In this document: piece after piece, positions 9,596-18,984 of the stretch
Numbering within the stretch: the first letter of the stretch is position 1
Layout of the letters: each line of letters starts with the position of its first letter
Assembly: GCA_004560045.1 (NCBI GenBank)
Contig: SFWF01000001.1
Span: 9,524 to 73,523 of the forward strand
Length of the DNA: 64,000 bases
Direction of reading: 5' to 3'
From: a bacterium
GTDB taxonomy: Bacteria; Bacillota; Clostridia; Oscillospirales; Acutalibacteraceae
The notes under the pieces: model-generated
Database searches by the model: none
What the model saw: only the letters and a program-made list of their open reading frames with translations
What the model was told of the DNA's origin: nothing
Translations under genes and position numbers: made by a program

Positions 9596-10918
9596 CTATT
9601 TATCTCCTCTTTCTCTGATGACAAATCGTATGGGCGTTCCCTCGAGTCCGAAGGTAGACCTTATTTGATTTTCAAGATATCGCTGGTATGAAAAGTGAAA
9701 CAGGTCGGCCCTGTTACAAAAGCAAACAAATGTCGGAGGCTTGGTCGAAGCCTGCGTCATATAGTAGATTTTAAGTCTTCGGCCCTTATCCGACGGGGGC
9801 TGAACACGGGCGGTGGACTCGGCTAAAATATCGTTGAGCTTACCGGTAGAAATACGCATCGTATTCTGTGTATGAACGTACTTTATAAGCTCGAAAAGCC
9901 TATCGAGGCGCTGACCCGTTTTGGCCGAAATAAAAATTATGGGGGCGAAGGACATAAATGAAAAGTCGTTCATAAGGCTCTTTCGGTAGGAGTCCATAGT
10001 CCTTCCGTCCTTTTCGACGATATCCCATTTATTTACCGCGATTATACAGGCCTTTCCCTCTTCCAAGGCGAGGCCCGCAACCTTTGAGTCCTGCTCGGTG
10101 AAGCCGTCGGTGCCGTCGATCATAATAACGCAGACGTCGCTTCGCTCGATGGCCATTTTGGCGCGGAGCACACTGTATTTTTCGAGCTTGTCGTCGACCT
10201 TGGATTTTCTTCTTAGTCCTGCGGTATCGGTAAAGTTGAAGCGACCGAACTCGTTTTCAACGAGACTGTCGATAGCGTCTCTGGTCGTTCCCGCAATATC
10301 CGAAACGATTACCCTTTCCTCGCCCGCAACGGCGTTTACGAGGGAGGATTTACCCGCATTTGGCTTTCCGATAATAGCGACGTTTATAATCTCGCTTTCG
10401 AGCTCGTCGGACTCCTCCTCGGGGAGGTATTTTATAACCTCGTCGAGAAGGTCGCCCGTTCCCGTTCCGTGAACCGAGGAAACGGCTACGGGGTCGCCGA
10501 GGCCTAAATTGTAAAATTCGTAAAATTCAAGGGGCGGCTCGCCTATTTTATCGCATTTATTTACGCAAAGAACGACCGGTTTTCCGCTTTTCTGAAGCAG
10601 TGCAGCCACGTCCTCGTCGGCGGCGGTAACACCGCTTTTTACGTCAACGACAAAGATTATGGCATTGGCCATTTCGATGGCAAGCTGAGCCTGATTTCTC
10701 ATCCCCTGAAGAATGACGTCGTCGGTTCCCTGCTCGATACCGCCGGTATCGATAAGCATCATCTGCCGACCGCACCATTCGGCATCCCCGTATATTCTAT
10801 CACGGGTAACACCCGGAGTATCGTCGACTATTGACATACGTTTACCGATTAGTTTGTTGAAAAGGGTCGATTTGCCGACATTGGGCCTTCCGACCACCGC
10901 AACAACGGGTTTTGCCAT
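9596..10918 (-). CDS. der: Ribosome-biogenesis GTPase Der (EngA)
   Basis: Track ORF with two G domains (GRPNVGKST and GKPNAGKSS) plus a KH-like C-terminus. Confidence 0.95.
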   Translation of the reverse strand: MAKPVVAVVGRPNVGKSTLFNKLIGKRMSIVDDTPGVTRDRIYGDAEWCGRQMMLIDTGGIEQGTDDVILQGMRNQAQLAIEMANAIIFVVDVKSGVTAADEDVAALLQKSGKPVVLCVNKCDKIGEPPLEFYEFYNLGLGDPVAVSSVHGTGTGDLLDEVIKYLPEEESDELESEIINVAIIGKPNAGKSSLVNAVAGEERVIVSDIAGTTRDAIDSLVENEFGRFNFTDTAGLRRKSKVDDKLEKYSVLRAKMAIERSDVCVIMIDGTDGFTEQDSKVAGLALEEGKACIIAVNKWDIVEKDGRTMDSYRKSLMNDFSFMSFAPIIFISAKTGQRLDRLFELIKYVHTQNTMRISTGKLNDILAESTARVQPPSDKGRRLKIYYMTQASTKPPTFVCFCNRADLFHFSYQRYLENQIRSTFGLEGTPIRFVIRERGDK

Positions 10919-10935
10919 AGCTTTTCCTCTCTGTT

Positions 10936-12237
10936 CTAAAAACTCGCAAGGGCCTCGACGAAGGAATATCCGTCGGGCTCGATGATTTTAATTTCTACGC
11001 CCAGCTCTTTTTCGACCTCGGCGACCGAAACGCTGTCTAAAAAGAGGTCGCGTTCAAACCGAAGCATATTAGAGGGTACAAGCAGGATGTCACCGATATC
11101 CTTACCCCTTAACTGAGCTATTATATCGCCGCCGGTAAGAAGTCCCGCGACGGTTATTTTTTCGCCGAAGAAATCGTTTCTGATCTCATACACGTTACAT
11201 TTTAAATTATGCCATTTATTTCCCGCTTTGTCAACAGTTGCCTTTATAAGGGGGTAGGCGGCGACTCCCGTTGCGCAGCAGATCCGCTTTTCACAGGCCG
11301 GCTCTTCCATATCCGAAAGGGCATCGTTTGCCTCTTTTTCGAAAAGAGACCACATTCCGACTCCGTTATCGAGCTGATGAAAATCGCCGTAGTGCTCGGC
11401 GGGAGGTATGGGTATCCCCGCCTTAAGGTAAAACTCGTCGGCGGCAAAGCAGAGCTTTGCTCCGAGCCTTTCTTCACACTCTTTATTTACCTTTTCGGTT
11501 ATTTCAATAACCCTTTTCGAGGTTTCTGCGCCGAAGGGGGTGATTTTGGTAAGGCCGTCACGGTATTTGGTAAGTCCGACGGGTACCGAAGCAATGCACT
11601 GCGCATTCCTATATCCCGAAAGGTCGCGAAGGGTTTTTTCAAGCTCGGCGCCGTCGTTATAGCCGGGGACCAAAACAAGCTGAAAATTCATTTTAATTCC
11701 CGCGTCGTCAAGCCTTTTTATTATTTCCAGCTTTTCGCCCGCAAAACGGTTATTCATCATTTTACAGCGAAGCTCGGGGTTGGTGGTATGAACCGAGATA
11801 TTTACGGGACTTATATGCATTTTTATTATGCGCCCGATTTCGTGCTCGGTAAGGTTAGTAAGGGTAATATAGTTTCCGAAAAGGAAGGACAGACGGGAAT
11901 CGTCGTCCTTAAAATAGAGGGTATCGCGCATACCGTGGGGAAGCTGATCGATAAAGCAGAAAATACATTTATTCCTGCAGGAATGCTGCTCGTCCATAAG
12001 ATAGCTGTCGAAAAGGAGTCCGAGCTCGTCGTACTCGCCTTTTTTAATTTTATAGACCTTTTCCTTACCGTTTTTTCTAAGTACGGTAAGGGTCAGCTTT
12101 TCGTCATTCTGATAAAAGCGGTAGTCGAGAACGTCGACAATCTCGTTATCGCCGATTTTTACAAGGGTATCCCCTGCTTTTATTCCCGCCCTTGCCGCAG
12201 GGCTTTTCTTTTCTACCTCGCAGATTTTTACGGCCAT
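10936..12237 (-). CDS. PDZ plus radical-SAM-like DUF512 protein
   Basis: Track ORF with an N-terminal PDZ, the CRNKCIFCF cysteine motif, and the usual position upstream of der in Clostridia. Confidence 0.75.
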   Translation of the reverse strand: MAVKICEVEKKSPAARAGIKAGDTLVKIGDNEIVDVLDYRFYQNDEKLTLTVLRKNGKEKVYKIKKGEYDELGLLFDSYLMDEQHSCRNKCIFCFIDQLPHGMRDTLYFKDDDSRLSFLFGNYITLTNLTEHEIGRIIKMHISPVNISVHTTNPELRCKMMNNRFAGEKLEIIKRLDDAGIKMNFQLVLVPGYNDGAELEKTLRDLSGYRNAQCIASVPVGLTKYRDGLTKITPFGAETSKRVIEITEKVNKECEERLGAKLCFAADEFYLKAGIPIPPAEHYGDFHQLDNGVGMWSLFEKEANDALSDMEEPACEKRICCATGVAAYPLIKATVDKAGNKWHNLKCNVYEIRNDFFGEKITVAGLLTGGDIIAQLRGKDIGDILLVPSNMLRFERDLFLDSVSVAEVEKELGVEIKIIEPDGYSFVEALASF

Positions 12238-12253
12238 ACTGCACCTTCTTTCA

Positions 12254-12286
12254 TAAAAAAATAGAGAAGGATCGCTCCTCCTCTAT
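12254..12286 (-). terminator. Rho-independent terminator after rpmF
   Basis: On the minus strand: ATAGAGGAGGA-GCGA-TCCTTCTCTAT (11 bp, 1 mismatch) followed by TTTTTTT. Confidence 0.6.
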
Positions 12287-12305
12287 CCCCTAATCTTTTA
12301 AAAAA

Positions 12306-12488
12306 TTAGTCCTCAACCTTTACAACTTCACGTCCGTTGTAGTAGCCACATGCGGGGCAAATTCTGTGAGGTCTCTTGTACTCTCCGCAACGGTCGCATT
12401 TTACGAGGGTAGGAGCAGTGAGTTTCCACAGGTTATTACGTCTTTTGTCACGTCTTGCTTTTGAGGTTTTTCTCTTCGGTACTGCCAT
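12306..12488 (-). CDS. rpmF: 50S ribosomal protein L32
   Basis: [17 protein letters not shown] plus a CxxC...CxxC zinc ribbon. Confidence 0.95.
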   Translation of the reverse strand: MAVPKRKTSKARRDKRRNNLWKLTAPTLVKCDRCGEYKRPHRICPACGYYNGREVVKVED

Positions 12489-12525
12489 TTCAGCGCCTCC
12501 TTAAAATTTTTGTCTTTGGTAGATT

Positions 12526-13032
12526 TTAGTCTTTTAAAAGCTCTGTAAGAGCGGCAAGCCTGGGGTCGATCTCCTTCTTCTGACAGCTACAGCTACCAAG
12601 GTTAAGATCGGTTCCGCAGTCGGGGCATAGTCCCCTGCAATCAGCCTTACAAAGAATTTTCGTCGGAAGGCTCATCACAATGTCGTCGTAACAGAAGTCT
12701 TCAAGGTCGAGCTTCATATCGGGTACAACCGCCACGTCGTCGTTTTGAATACTATCTTCGTCTTCAAGACTTACGACGATAGTGCGATTGATCTTTGCGA
12801 TATAATTAACCGTCGTTTCTTTTAGACAACGGTCGCAAAAACCGACATAACTGACCTTGCAATCGAGCTGAGATTCAACAATACCTGCGCGGCTGACAAT
12901 TTTTCCGCTAATTGCCACGGGGGAACGAAACGGTTTGACGCCAAGGAAATTTAATTCAGACAAATCCATTTCGAATTCGACCGACAGAGTGTCTCTGCTG
13001 CCGGAAAACAGGGGCTTCAGATCGAGAAGCAT
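12526..13032 (-). CDS. yceD: YceD/DUF177 family protein
   Basis: Track ORF with cysteine pairs (CDRC, CPDCG) and the conserved position upstream of rpmF. Confidence 0.8.
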   Translation of the reverse strand: MLLDLKPLFSGSRDTLSVEFEMDLSELNFLGVKPFRSPVAISGKIVSRAGIVESQLDCKVSYVGFCDRCLKETTVNYIAKINRTIVVSLEDEDSIQNDDVAVVPDMKLDLEDFCYDDIVMSLPTKILCKADCRGLCPDCGTDLNLGSCSCQKKEIDPRLAALTELLKD

Positions 13033-13059
13033 AATCTCACCTCAATTGTCACAAAGAAC

Positions 13060-13088
13060 ATTATATATAATGCGTCTCCTTTTGTCAA
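13060..13088 (-). promoter_or_regulatory. Consensus sigma-A promoter for yceD-rpmF
   Basis: Minus strand: TTGACA (13088-13083), 17-nt spacer, TATAAT (13065-13060). Confidence 0.55.
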
Positions 13089-13109
13089 GTGTTTTTTAAA
13101 CATAAAATT

Positions 13110-13133
13110 ACGGAGCAGAAGTATCTGCTCCGT
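13110..13133 (-). terminator. Rho-independent terminator after the 13144..13548 gene
   Basis: Arms of about 9-10 bp: ACGGAGCAGA-TACT-TCTGCTCCGT on the minus strand, then an AATTTTAT tail. Confidence 0.6.
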
Positions 13134-13143
13134 AGGGGGTAAA

Positions 13144-13548
13144 TTACAGTTTCTGAGCTACCTCGAAAACCTCTGAGGGAAGGTCTGCTTCGTCGCAGGA
13201 TACGGTAAATACGTACTCGATGTCCTCGCTTGCGGCAAGGCGCTTAAAGAAGCCGTCGATTCCGTCGAGGCCGCCGCCGATCTTCTTGGTTGCGTCGCCG
13301 AAGATATGGGTAACGTCGTGGTTGCTTGCGGCTATTCCGCAGAGCATGGCATAATATTCATCATAACCGGAAATTCCGTAGCTTTCTACGTCGATAAGTC
13401 GTACCTCGCGAGCAACGCTAAAACGGAGGGCGTCGCCTTTCTCGATGCAGACCACGTTTCCGGGACTGGACTTAGCGGCAGCGTTTACTGCGTCGATGAG
13501 TTTTTTGGTTTTTCCTGAACCTTTGTTTCCGATAATAAGTTTAATCAT
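13144..13548 (-). CDS. Small stand-alone P-loop NTPase, uncharacterised
   Basis: Track ORF. The Walker A motif GNKGSGKT is at residues 7-14. There is no other recognisable domain. Confidence 0.55.
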   Translation of the reverse strand: MIKLIIGNKGSGKTKKLIDAVNAAAKSSPGNVVCIEKGDALRFSVAREVRLIDVESYGISGYDEYYAMLCGIAASNHDVTHIFGDATKKIGGGLDGIDGFFKRLAASEDIEYVFTVSCDEADLPSEVFEVAQKL

Positions 13549-13607
13549 ATTATCCGCTCCTTTTCTATATACACCGCTTTCGCGGTTATTTTAATTAGCT
13601 TAGCTTA

Positions 13608-14948
13608 TTATTTTGCGAGGCGGGCTTCAAGCTCTGCCTTGGCGGCCTCGTAGCCGGGCTTGCCGAGAAGGGCAAACATATTCTTCTTATAGCTCTCTAC
13701 GCCGGGCTGATCGAAGGGGTTGACTCCGAGGAGGTAGCCCGAAATTCCGCAGGCCTTTTCGAAGAAGTAAATAAGACGGCCGAGGTTTTCCTCGTCGGCT
13801 TTATCTATCGAGATAACGAGGTTTGGAACAGATCCGTCGGTATGAGCGAGGATGGTTCCCTCGAAGGCCTTGGAATTTACGAAGGAGAGTGGCTTTCCTG
13901 CGAGGAAGTTGAGTCCGTCGCCGTCGTCATCCTCCTTTTCGATACAGATATCGTTTCCGCATTCACCGATGGTAACTACGGTTTCGAACATTACGCGGCT
14001 TCCGTCCTGTATAAACTGACCCATAGAGTGAAGGTCGGTAGAGAAGACCACAGACGCGGGGAAGAGACCCTTATTGTCCTTTCCTTCGCTTTCGCCAAAG
14101 AGCTGCTTATACCATTCGGACATCATGGTAAAGCGGGGCTCGTAGGAAACCAGCATTTCGACCGCCTTACCCTTGCGGTAGAAGGCATTACGGATAGCGG
14201 CGTAGGTATAGCAGGGGTTTTCGTAGATATCGTTTACCGAGTAGTCGGCGGCGGCATCGGCAGCACCCTTCATAAGCGCGTCGATATCGGCTCCGCAGAC
14301 GGCAATGGGAAGAAGGCCAACGGCGGTAAGCACCGAGAAGCGTCCTCCGACGTCGTCGGGAATTACGAAGCATTCGTATCCCTTCTGATCGGCGAGCTGC
14401 TTCAGAGTTCCTCTTGCCTTATCGGTAGTGCAGTAGATTCTCTTTGCGGCCTCTTCCTCGCCGTAGCGCTCCTCAAGATATTTGCGGAGAACGCGGAAGG
14501 CGATGGCGGGCTCGGTAGTGGTTCCCGATTTCGAAACTATGTTGACCGAAACGCGCTTTCCTTCGCAGATCTTAAGAAGATCGTCGAGGGCAGAGCCCGA
14601 AATGGTATTACCGGCGAAATATATGTCGGGGGTAATCTTGGGAAGAGCGTTATAGTTATTCGACTTTAAGAATTCAATAGCGGCACGGGCGCCGAGGTAG
14701 GAGCCTCCGATTCCGATAACGATGAAAACGTCGGTATCGTCGATTATTTTAGCGGCGGCTTTTTTAATTCTTGCGAATTCGTCTTTATCGTACGCAGTGG
14801 GAAGGTCGATCCATCCGAGGAAGTCGTTTCCGAGACCGGTTTTAGTATGAAGCATTTCGTGCGCAGACTTTACCTGAGCTTCCATTCCAACGAGGTCGTT
14901 TTCACAGAGGAAGTCGGCGGCATACTTATAGTTGAATTTAAGTGCCAT
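13608..14948 (-). CDS. pgi: Glucose-6-phosphate isomerase
   Basis: Track ORF. It is a short bacterial-type PGI: [30 protein letters not shown]. Confidence 0.95.
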   Translation of the reverse strand: MALKFNYKYAADFLCENDLVGMEAQVKSAHEMLHTKTGLGNDFLGWIDLPTAYDKDEFARIKKAAAKIIDDTDVFIVIGIGGSYLGARAAIEFLKSNNYNALPKITPDIYFAGNTISGSALDDLLKICEGKRVSVNIVSKSGTTTEPAIAFRVLRKYLEERYGEEEAAKRIYCTTDKARGTLKQLADQKGYECFVIPDDVGGRFSVLTAVGLLPIAVCGADIDALMKGAADAAADYSVNDIYENPCYTYAAIRNAFYRKGKAVEMLVSYEPRFTMMSEWYKQLFGESEGKDNKGLFPASVVFSTDLHSMGQFIQDGSRVMFETVVTIGECGNDICIEKEDDDGDGLNFLAGKPLSFVNSKAFEGTILAHTDGSVPNLVISIDKADEENLGRLIYFFEKACGISGYLLGVNPFDQPGVESYKKNMFALLGKPGYEAAKAELEARLAK

Positions 14949-15103
14949 GGTTTTAAAACTCCTTTTGGGTTGCCTTATGATATGAGAAGGATGAAATAGA
15001 GGGACTTATAAGTCTTTATAATACCTCATCCTATCTGCTTATGTCCATTTTACACTAAACCTAAAGTTTTTTCAACAGAAATTTATAATATTTAGTAATA
15101 AAA

Positions 15104-16318
15104 TTACAAGGTGAACAAACTTTTAAGCAGTCGGACGAGGCAAATTCCGTAGGTCAGGCGGTCGGAGCCGTTTTTCGCCGTCACCTTCAGACTGCCTATT
15201 TCCTGCCCGTTCAGGTAAAAATTGACGCGCCCGACGGTATCCCCCTTCTTTACGGGGGCGGTAAGCTCTTCGGAAAGAGAGAGGGTCGAGGTTATTTTTT
15301 TCTCCTCCCCTTTTTTAAGGAGAACCGAAAATTCTTCGGTTATTTCGGGGATGATCTCGGGTACGGTGCCCTTTTTGACGGGAAGGGTATGAAGTCCCTT
15401 TGTTTCGGGCTCTATATTTATATATGAGTAGTTGGCGAAGCCGAAATCGAGCAGCTTCTGACAGCCTGAGAAACGGTCCTTGCTTGTAGGTGAGCCGAGC
15501 ACCACCGCAATAAGGGTAAGGCCCTGTCTTTCGGCGGCGGCCGCAAGGCAGGAGCCTGCCTTCGAGGTCGTTCCCGTTTTTAGACCGAAGCAGCCCTCGT
15601 AGTAGCGGATAAGCTTATTCGTATTGGTAAGCTCGCTTTCGCCGTTTCGAAGGGAGTCTATACGGATTGTACTGTATTCTCTTATAAGGTCGTGCTTCAG
15701 AAGCTCTTTCGACATCAGAGCCACGTCGTAGGCGGTGGTAAGGTGCTCCTCGGCGTCGAGGCCGTAGCTGTTAACGAAATGGGTCGACTCCATACCGAGA
15801 GCGTCGGCCTTTTCGTTCATCAGCTTAACGAATACCTCCTCGCTGCCCGAAACCGCTTCGGCAAGGGCAACTGTGGCATCGTTGGCCGAGGCAATTACGG
15901 TAGCCTTAAGCAGGTCGTTTACCGTCATAACCTCACCCGGCTCCAGCCATATCTGGGAGCCGCCCATACTTGCGGCATGGTCGGAGGCGGTAATTTTATC
16001 GTCGAGGCTCAGCCTTCCGCTTTCTATCGCCTCCATAACTAAAACAAGGGTCATAATTTTCGTGATAGAGGCAGGGGCAAGCCTGACTTCGGCATTGCTT
16101 TCGTAAAGCACTTTACCCGTATTATATTCCATAAGTATTGCGGATTTTGCGTTTATTTGTAAATTTTCTCCGATTTCGGCGGAGGCCTGCTCGTTTACCG
16201 GCAAAGGCTCGTTAAATTCCGCCGAGGCGGGCTCAATGGGTACGGACGAGGCCGATGCGGGTATTACGGCATAGATCATAAGGGACAGACAAAGGAAAAG
16301 TATCGTAATTTTTTTCAT
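15104..16318 (-). CDS. D-alanyl-D-alanine carboxypeptidase (S11, DacB/DacF-like)
   Basis: Track ORF. I prefer the ATG at 16318 (MKKITILFL signal peptide). It has the SITK active-site motif and KTGT. Confidence 0.85.
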   Translation of the reverse strand: MKKITILFLCLSLMIYAVIPASASSVPIEPASAEFNEPLPVNEQASAEIGENLQINAKSAILMEYNTGKVLYESNAEVRLAPASITKIMTLVLVMEAIESGRLSLDDKITASDHAASMGGSQIWLEPGEVMTVNDLLKATVIASANDATVALAEAVSGSEEVFVKLMNEKADALGMESTHFVNSYGLDAEEHLTTAYDVALMSKELLKHDLIREYSTIRIDSLRNGESELTNTNKLIRYYEGCFGLKTGTTSKAGSCLAAAAERQGLTLIAVVLGSPTSKDRFSGCQKLLDFGFANYSYINIEPETKGLHTLPVKKGTVPEIIPEITEEFSVLLKKGEEKKITSTLSLSEELTAPVKKGDTVGRVNFYLNGQEIGSLKVTAKNGSDRLTYGICLVRLLKSLFTL

Positions 16319-16353
16319 AAATAAACACCCCACAGAAAATATATGTGGGGTGT
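16318..16353 (-). terminator. Terminator hairpin after the LUD-domain gene, abutting the dac start
   Basis: ACACCCCACA / TGTGGGGTGT 10-bp arms (16325-16334 and 16344-16353) followed by TTTATTT on the minus strand, then immediately the dac ATG. Confidence 0.55.
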
Positions 16354-16359
16354 GGCATT

Positions 16360-16989
16360 TTAATAACCAAGCTCCTCGGCACAGAGGATGACCTTTATTC
16401 GGTTTTTCTTTCTCTGCATACCGCAGACGGTATAATGGGCACAGATTCGTCCTTCGCTCCTACAGCCCTTTGTTATATCGGCGTCGGGGTAGAGGCAGTG
16501 CCCCAAGGTCTTGCAGGGGGTATCTACCCCGAGGCGCTGAGCATTTTTAGGTGCGGCAACCGTTTTTACGCGGTGAAAGCCCTCCTTTACGTCCTCTACG
16601 ATCTTATTTTTACCTACGATACAGATAACCGATTCGGGGCCGAAGGTAATTGCGGCCACGCGGTTTCCGTTTCCGTCGACGTTTATAAGCTCGCCCTCCC
16701 TTGTTACGGCATTGGCAGAGGTTATAAAGGCATCGGCCGAGAAGGTCTTACGGTAGATCTCTTCGACCTCTTCCCTCGAAAGCCCGGGGACCGAGCGGTC
16801 GAGAAAGACGTAGTCGCCGCTTTTCATAAGGTCGAAAACTCCGCACTCGGATAAAGTCACCGAGCCGCCGCAGCTTATTACGTCACCCTTTTTAAGAAGT
16901 CCCTTTACGATTTCGGGGATATCCTCCTTTTTTTCTGCAAAATAGGCCTCCATATTATTTTTTCTTAAGGCCTCAAGAATTTTTTCCAT
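16360..16989 (-). CDS. LUD-domain (YkgG/LutC-like, DUF162) protein
   Basis: Track ORF with a LUD-type fold signature and a Cys-rich C-terminus. Confidence 0.65.
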   Translation of the reverse strand: MEKILEALRKNNMEAYFAEKKEDIPEIVKGLLKKGDVISCGGSVTLSECGVFDLMKSGDYVFLDRSVPGLSREEVEEIYRKTFSADAFITSANAVTREGELINVDGNGNRVAAITFGPESVICIVGKNKIVEDVKEGFHRVKTVAAPKNAQRLGVDTPCKTLGHCLYPDADITKGCRSEGRICAHYTVCGMQRKKNRIKVILCAEELGY

Positions 16990-16992
16990 AAT

Positions 16993-18042
16993 CTATTCAC
17001 TCCTTATTATATATCCGCCGCCGAGGACCGCGTCGCCGTCGTAAAATACCGCCGACTGACCCGGTGTGGGTCCGCGCTGAGGATTTTCGAACTCTAAGAG
17101 GGCTTCGGTCTCGCTTAGGGGATGAAAGACGCATTTTTCGTCCCGCGCACTGTATCTGAGTCTGGCGGTGCAGGTGAGATCCCTTCCGTCGGATACTGCG
17201 CCGATAAAATTCACGTTATTTATATATACCCTCTTCTTATATATGTGTTCCTCGTCGCCGAGTATTACGGTATTGGTCACGGGGTCCTTGGAGATTACGA
17301 ACTGAGGTTTTCCGAGGGCTATTCCGAGGCCCTTGCGCTGACCTATGGTATAGTGCTGATGACCAAGGTGACGACCGAGGACCTTTCCGCAGATATCGGT
17401 ATAGTCTCCCGTCTTAAAGGGCTCTCCCCTATACTCCTCGAGAAAGGCGGCATAGTCGCCGTCGGGCACGAAGCAGATGTCCTGACTCTCCTTGGCAGAC
17501 GCCGAAGAAAAGGCATATTTTTCGGCAATCTCCCTTACCTCGTCTTTAGTAAGACGGCTAAGGGGCATAAGCATATGAGAAAGCTGATGCTGAGAAAGGC
17601 GCCATAAAACGTAGGTCTGATCCTTTTTTCTGTCGGCGGGACGGTAAAGAAGGTATCTTCCCGAGCCGACGTCAAAGCCAATATCACTATAGTGACCCGT
17701 AGCGATAAAATCACAGCCGTCCTTTAAAGCCTCGTCGAGGAGGGCGCCGAATTTCAGATATTTATTACATTCTATACAGGGGTTTGGAGTAAGTCCCAAG
17801 GCATAGCCCCGAGCAAACCGTTCGATCACCTCGGTTTTAAAGGTGCTCCGCATATCGTAAACCTTGTGCGCTATACCGAGACGGTCACAGACCTCCTTTG
17901 CGGCGGCAACCTCGGCAGAGACGCCGTCACGCTCGTAAAGGCGCAGGGTTGCTCCGCATACCTCGTAACCCATATCCTTAAGAATGACCGCAGAGACCGA
18001 GCTGTCAACTCCGCCCGACATAGCCGCCGTTACTTTTTTCAT
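16993..18042 (-). CDS. mnmA: tRNA 2-thiouridine(34) synthase MnmA
   Basis: Track ORF with the PP-loop AMSGGVDSSV and catalytic Cys residues. Confidence 0.95.
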   Translation of the reverse strand: MKKVTAAMSGGVDSSVSAVILKDMGYEVCGATLRLYERDGVSAEVAAAKEVCDRLGIAHKVYDMRSTFKTEVIERFARGYALGLTPNPCIECNKYLKFGALLDEALKDGCDFIATGHYSDIGFDVGSGRYLLYRPADRKKDQTYVLWRLSQHQLSHMLMPLSRLTKDEVREIAEKYAFSSASAKESQDICFVPDGDYAAFLEEYRGEPFKTGDYTDICGKVLGRHLGHQHYTIGQRKGLGIALGKPQFVISKDPVTNTVILGDEEHIYKKRVYINNVNFIGAVSDGRDLTCTARLRYSARDEKCVFHPLSETEALLEFENPQRGPTPGQSAVFYDGDAVLGGGYIIRSE

Positions 18043-18081
18043 AAATTACCTCCACATACACATATTACATATAACAGGCAG

Positions 18082-18609
18082 TTAAAGGGCATAAAGGCCC
18101 ACCGTAAATTCTCCGTTTGAGTCTCTCGCTACCGAAATGGTCTCGCTTTTAGAGGTAGGGATATTTTTACCCACGTAATCGCCGCGAAGAGGAAGCTCTC
18201 TATGACCGCGGTCGATAAGGATCGCAAGCTGAATGGCAGAGGGCCGTCCGCAGGAAATAATGCTTTCCATGGCGGCTCTGGCGGTACGTCCCGTACAGAG
18301 AACGTCGTCGACCATTATTATCCTTTTCCCGTTTACGTCGAAGGGCAGTCCACCCGCCACCCGTACGGGCTCACTAAGGTCGCGGTCGTCGCGGTAGGCC
18401 GAAATATCTACGACGCCTACCGGAATTAAAGCGCCCTCTATTTCATATATATTATCAGCGAGAATACGAGCCAGCGGTACTCCCCCGTTTTTAATTCCCA
18501 CAAAGCAAAGGTCTTTACAGCCTCCGTTACGCTCGAGAATTTCGTGAGAGATACGTTTAAGCGCACGCTTTACCGCCGCATTGTCCATTATTTCGGCCTT
18601 GAGCTTCAT
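18082..18609 (-). CDS. pyrR: PyrR bifunctional pyr operon regulator / uracil phosphoribosyltransferase
   Basis: Track ORF 18082..18642. I prefer ATG 18609 ([28 protein letters not shown] aligns with PyrR N-termini). It has the PRPP motif [13 protein letters not shown]. Confidence 0.9.
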   Translation of the reverse strand: MKLKAEIMDNAAVKRALKRISHEILERNGGCKDLCFVGIKNGGVPLARILADNIYEIEGALIPVGVVDISAYRDDRDLSEPVRVAGGLPFDVNGKRIIMVDDVLCTGRTARAAMESIISCGRPSAIQLAILIDRGHRELPLRGDYVGKNIPTSKSETISVARDSNGEFTVGLYAL

Positions 18610-18760
18610 ATACTGCCTCCGAAAAGAAAAAATTCTTATCAAATTTGGTTTTATCTTACCACATTATATTGTATTTGTAAATCGTTTTAGCCTCAAAAAC
18701 CACAAAAAATGGTTAAATCGGCCTTATTTTTGCCCATTTTACGGGACGGCGCTTTTCAAG

Positions 18761-18866
18761 TTTTGTACTTTTGCACAAAAAAATCGACCGAAAAAGCTAA
18801 AATAAAATGGTTACAACCTTGTAACTTTTGTAATTTCCTTGTTATTTTTGTGCATTTTGCACAAAA
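18761..18866. promoter_or_regulatory. Two related operator-like palindromes, 85 bp apart
   Basis: TTTTGTGCA-TTT-TGCACAAAA (18846-18866, perfect 9-bp arms) and the imperfect copy TTTTGTACT-TT-TGCACAAAA (18761-18780). Confidence 0.35.
18810..18825. promoter_or_regulatory. Perfect 16-bp palindrome GTTACAACCTTGTAAC
   Basis: Read directly from the sequence. It lies between the two TGCACAAAA palindromes. Confidence 0.3.
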
Positions 18867-18884
18867 CCTGACCCATGTTTTGGT

Positions 18885-18913
18885 TTGACATTTGAAACTT
18901 TGGTGGGTATAAT
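18885..18913 (+). promoter_or_regulatory. Consensus sigma-A promoter for the YabE-like gene
   Basis: TTGACA (18885-18890), 17-nt spacer, TATAAT (18908-18913). Confidence 0.6.
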
Positions 18914-18984
18914 ACGAAAGAACTGAAATTTACTTACCGAAAACTACCGTGCGGGGCGACCCAAACGGAAATCCTAAGGAGTTT

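Noticed and set aside
18914-18984. c-di-AMP (ydaO-type) riboswitch in the leader of the YabE-like gene
   Set aside because: GCGGGGCGACCCAAACGGAAATCC resembles one ydaO core segment (GCGGGGGACCCA ... GAAUCC), and such riboswitches do precede cell-wall hydrolase genes. However, the leader from the consensus promoter is only about 65 nt. The second pseudo-symmetric half and the CCGA...ACCUCGUAAGCG elements are absent or out of order. A cmscan with RF00379 would settle it.
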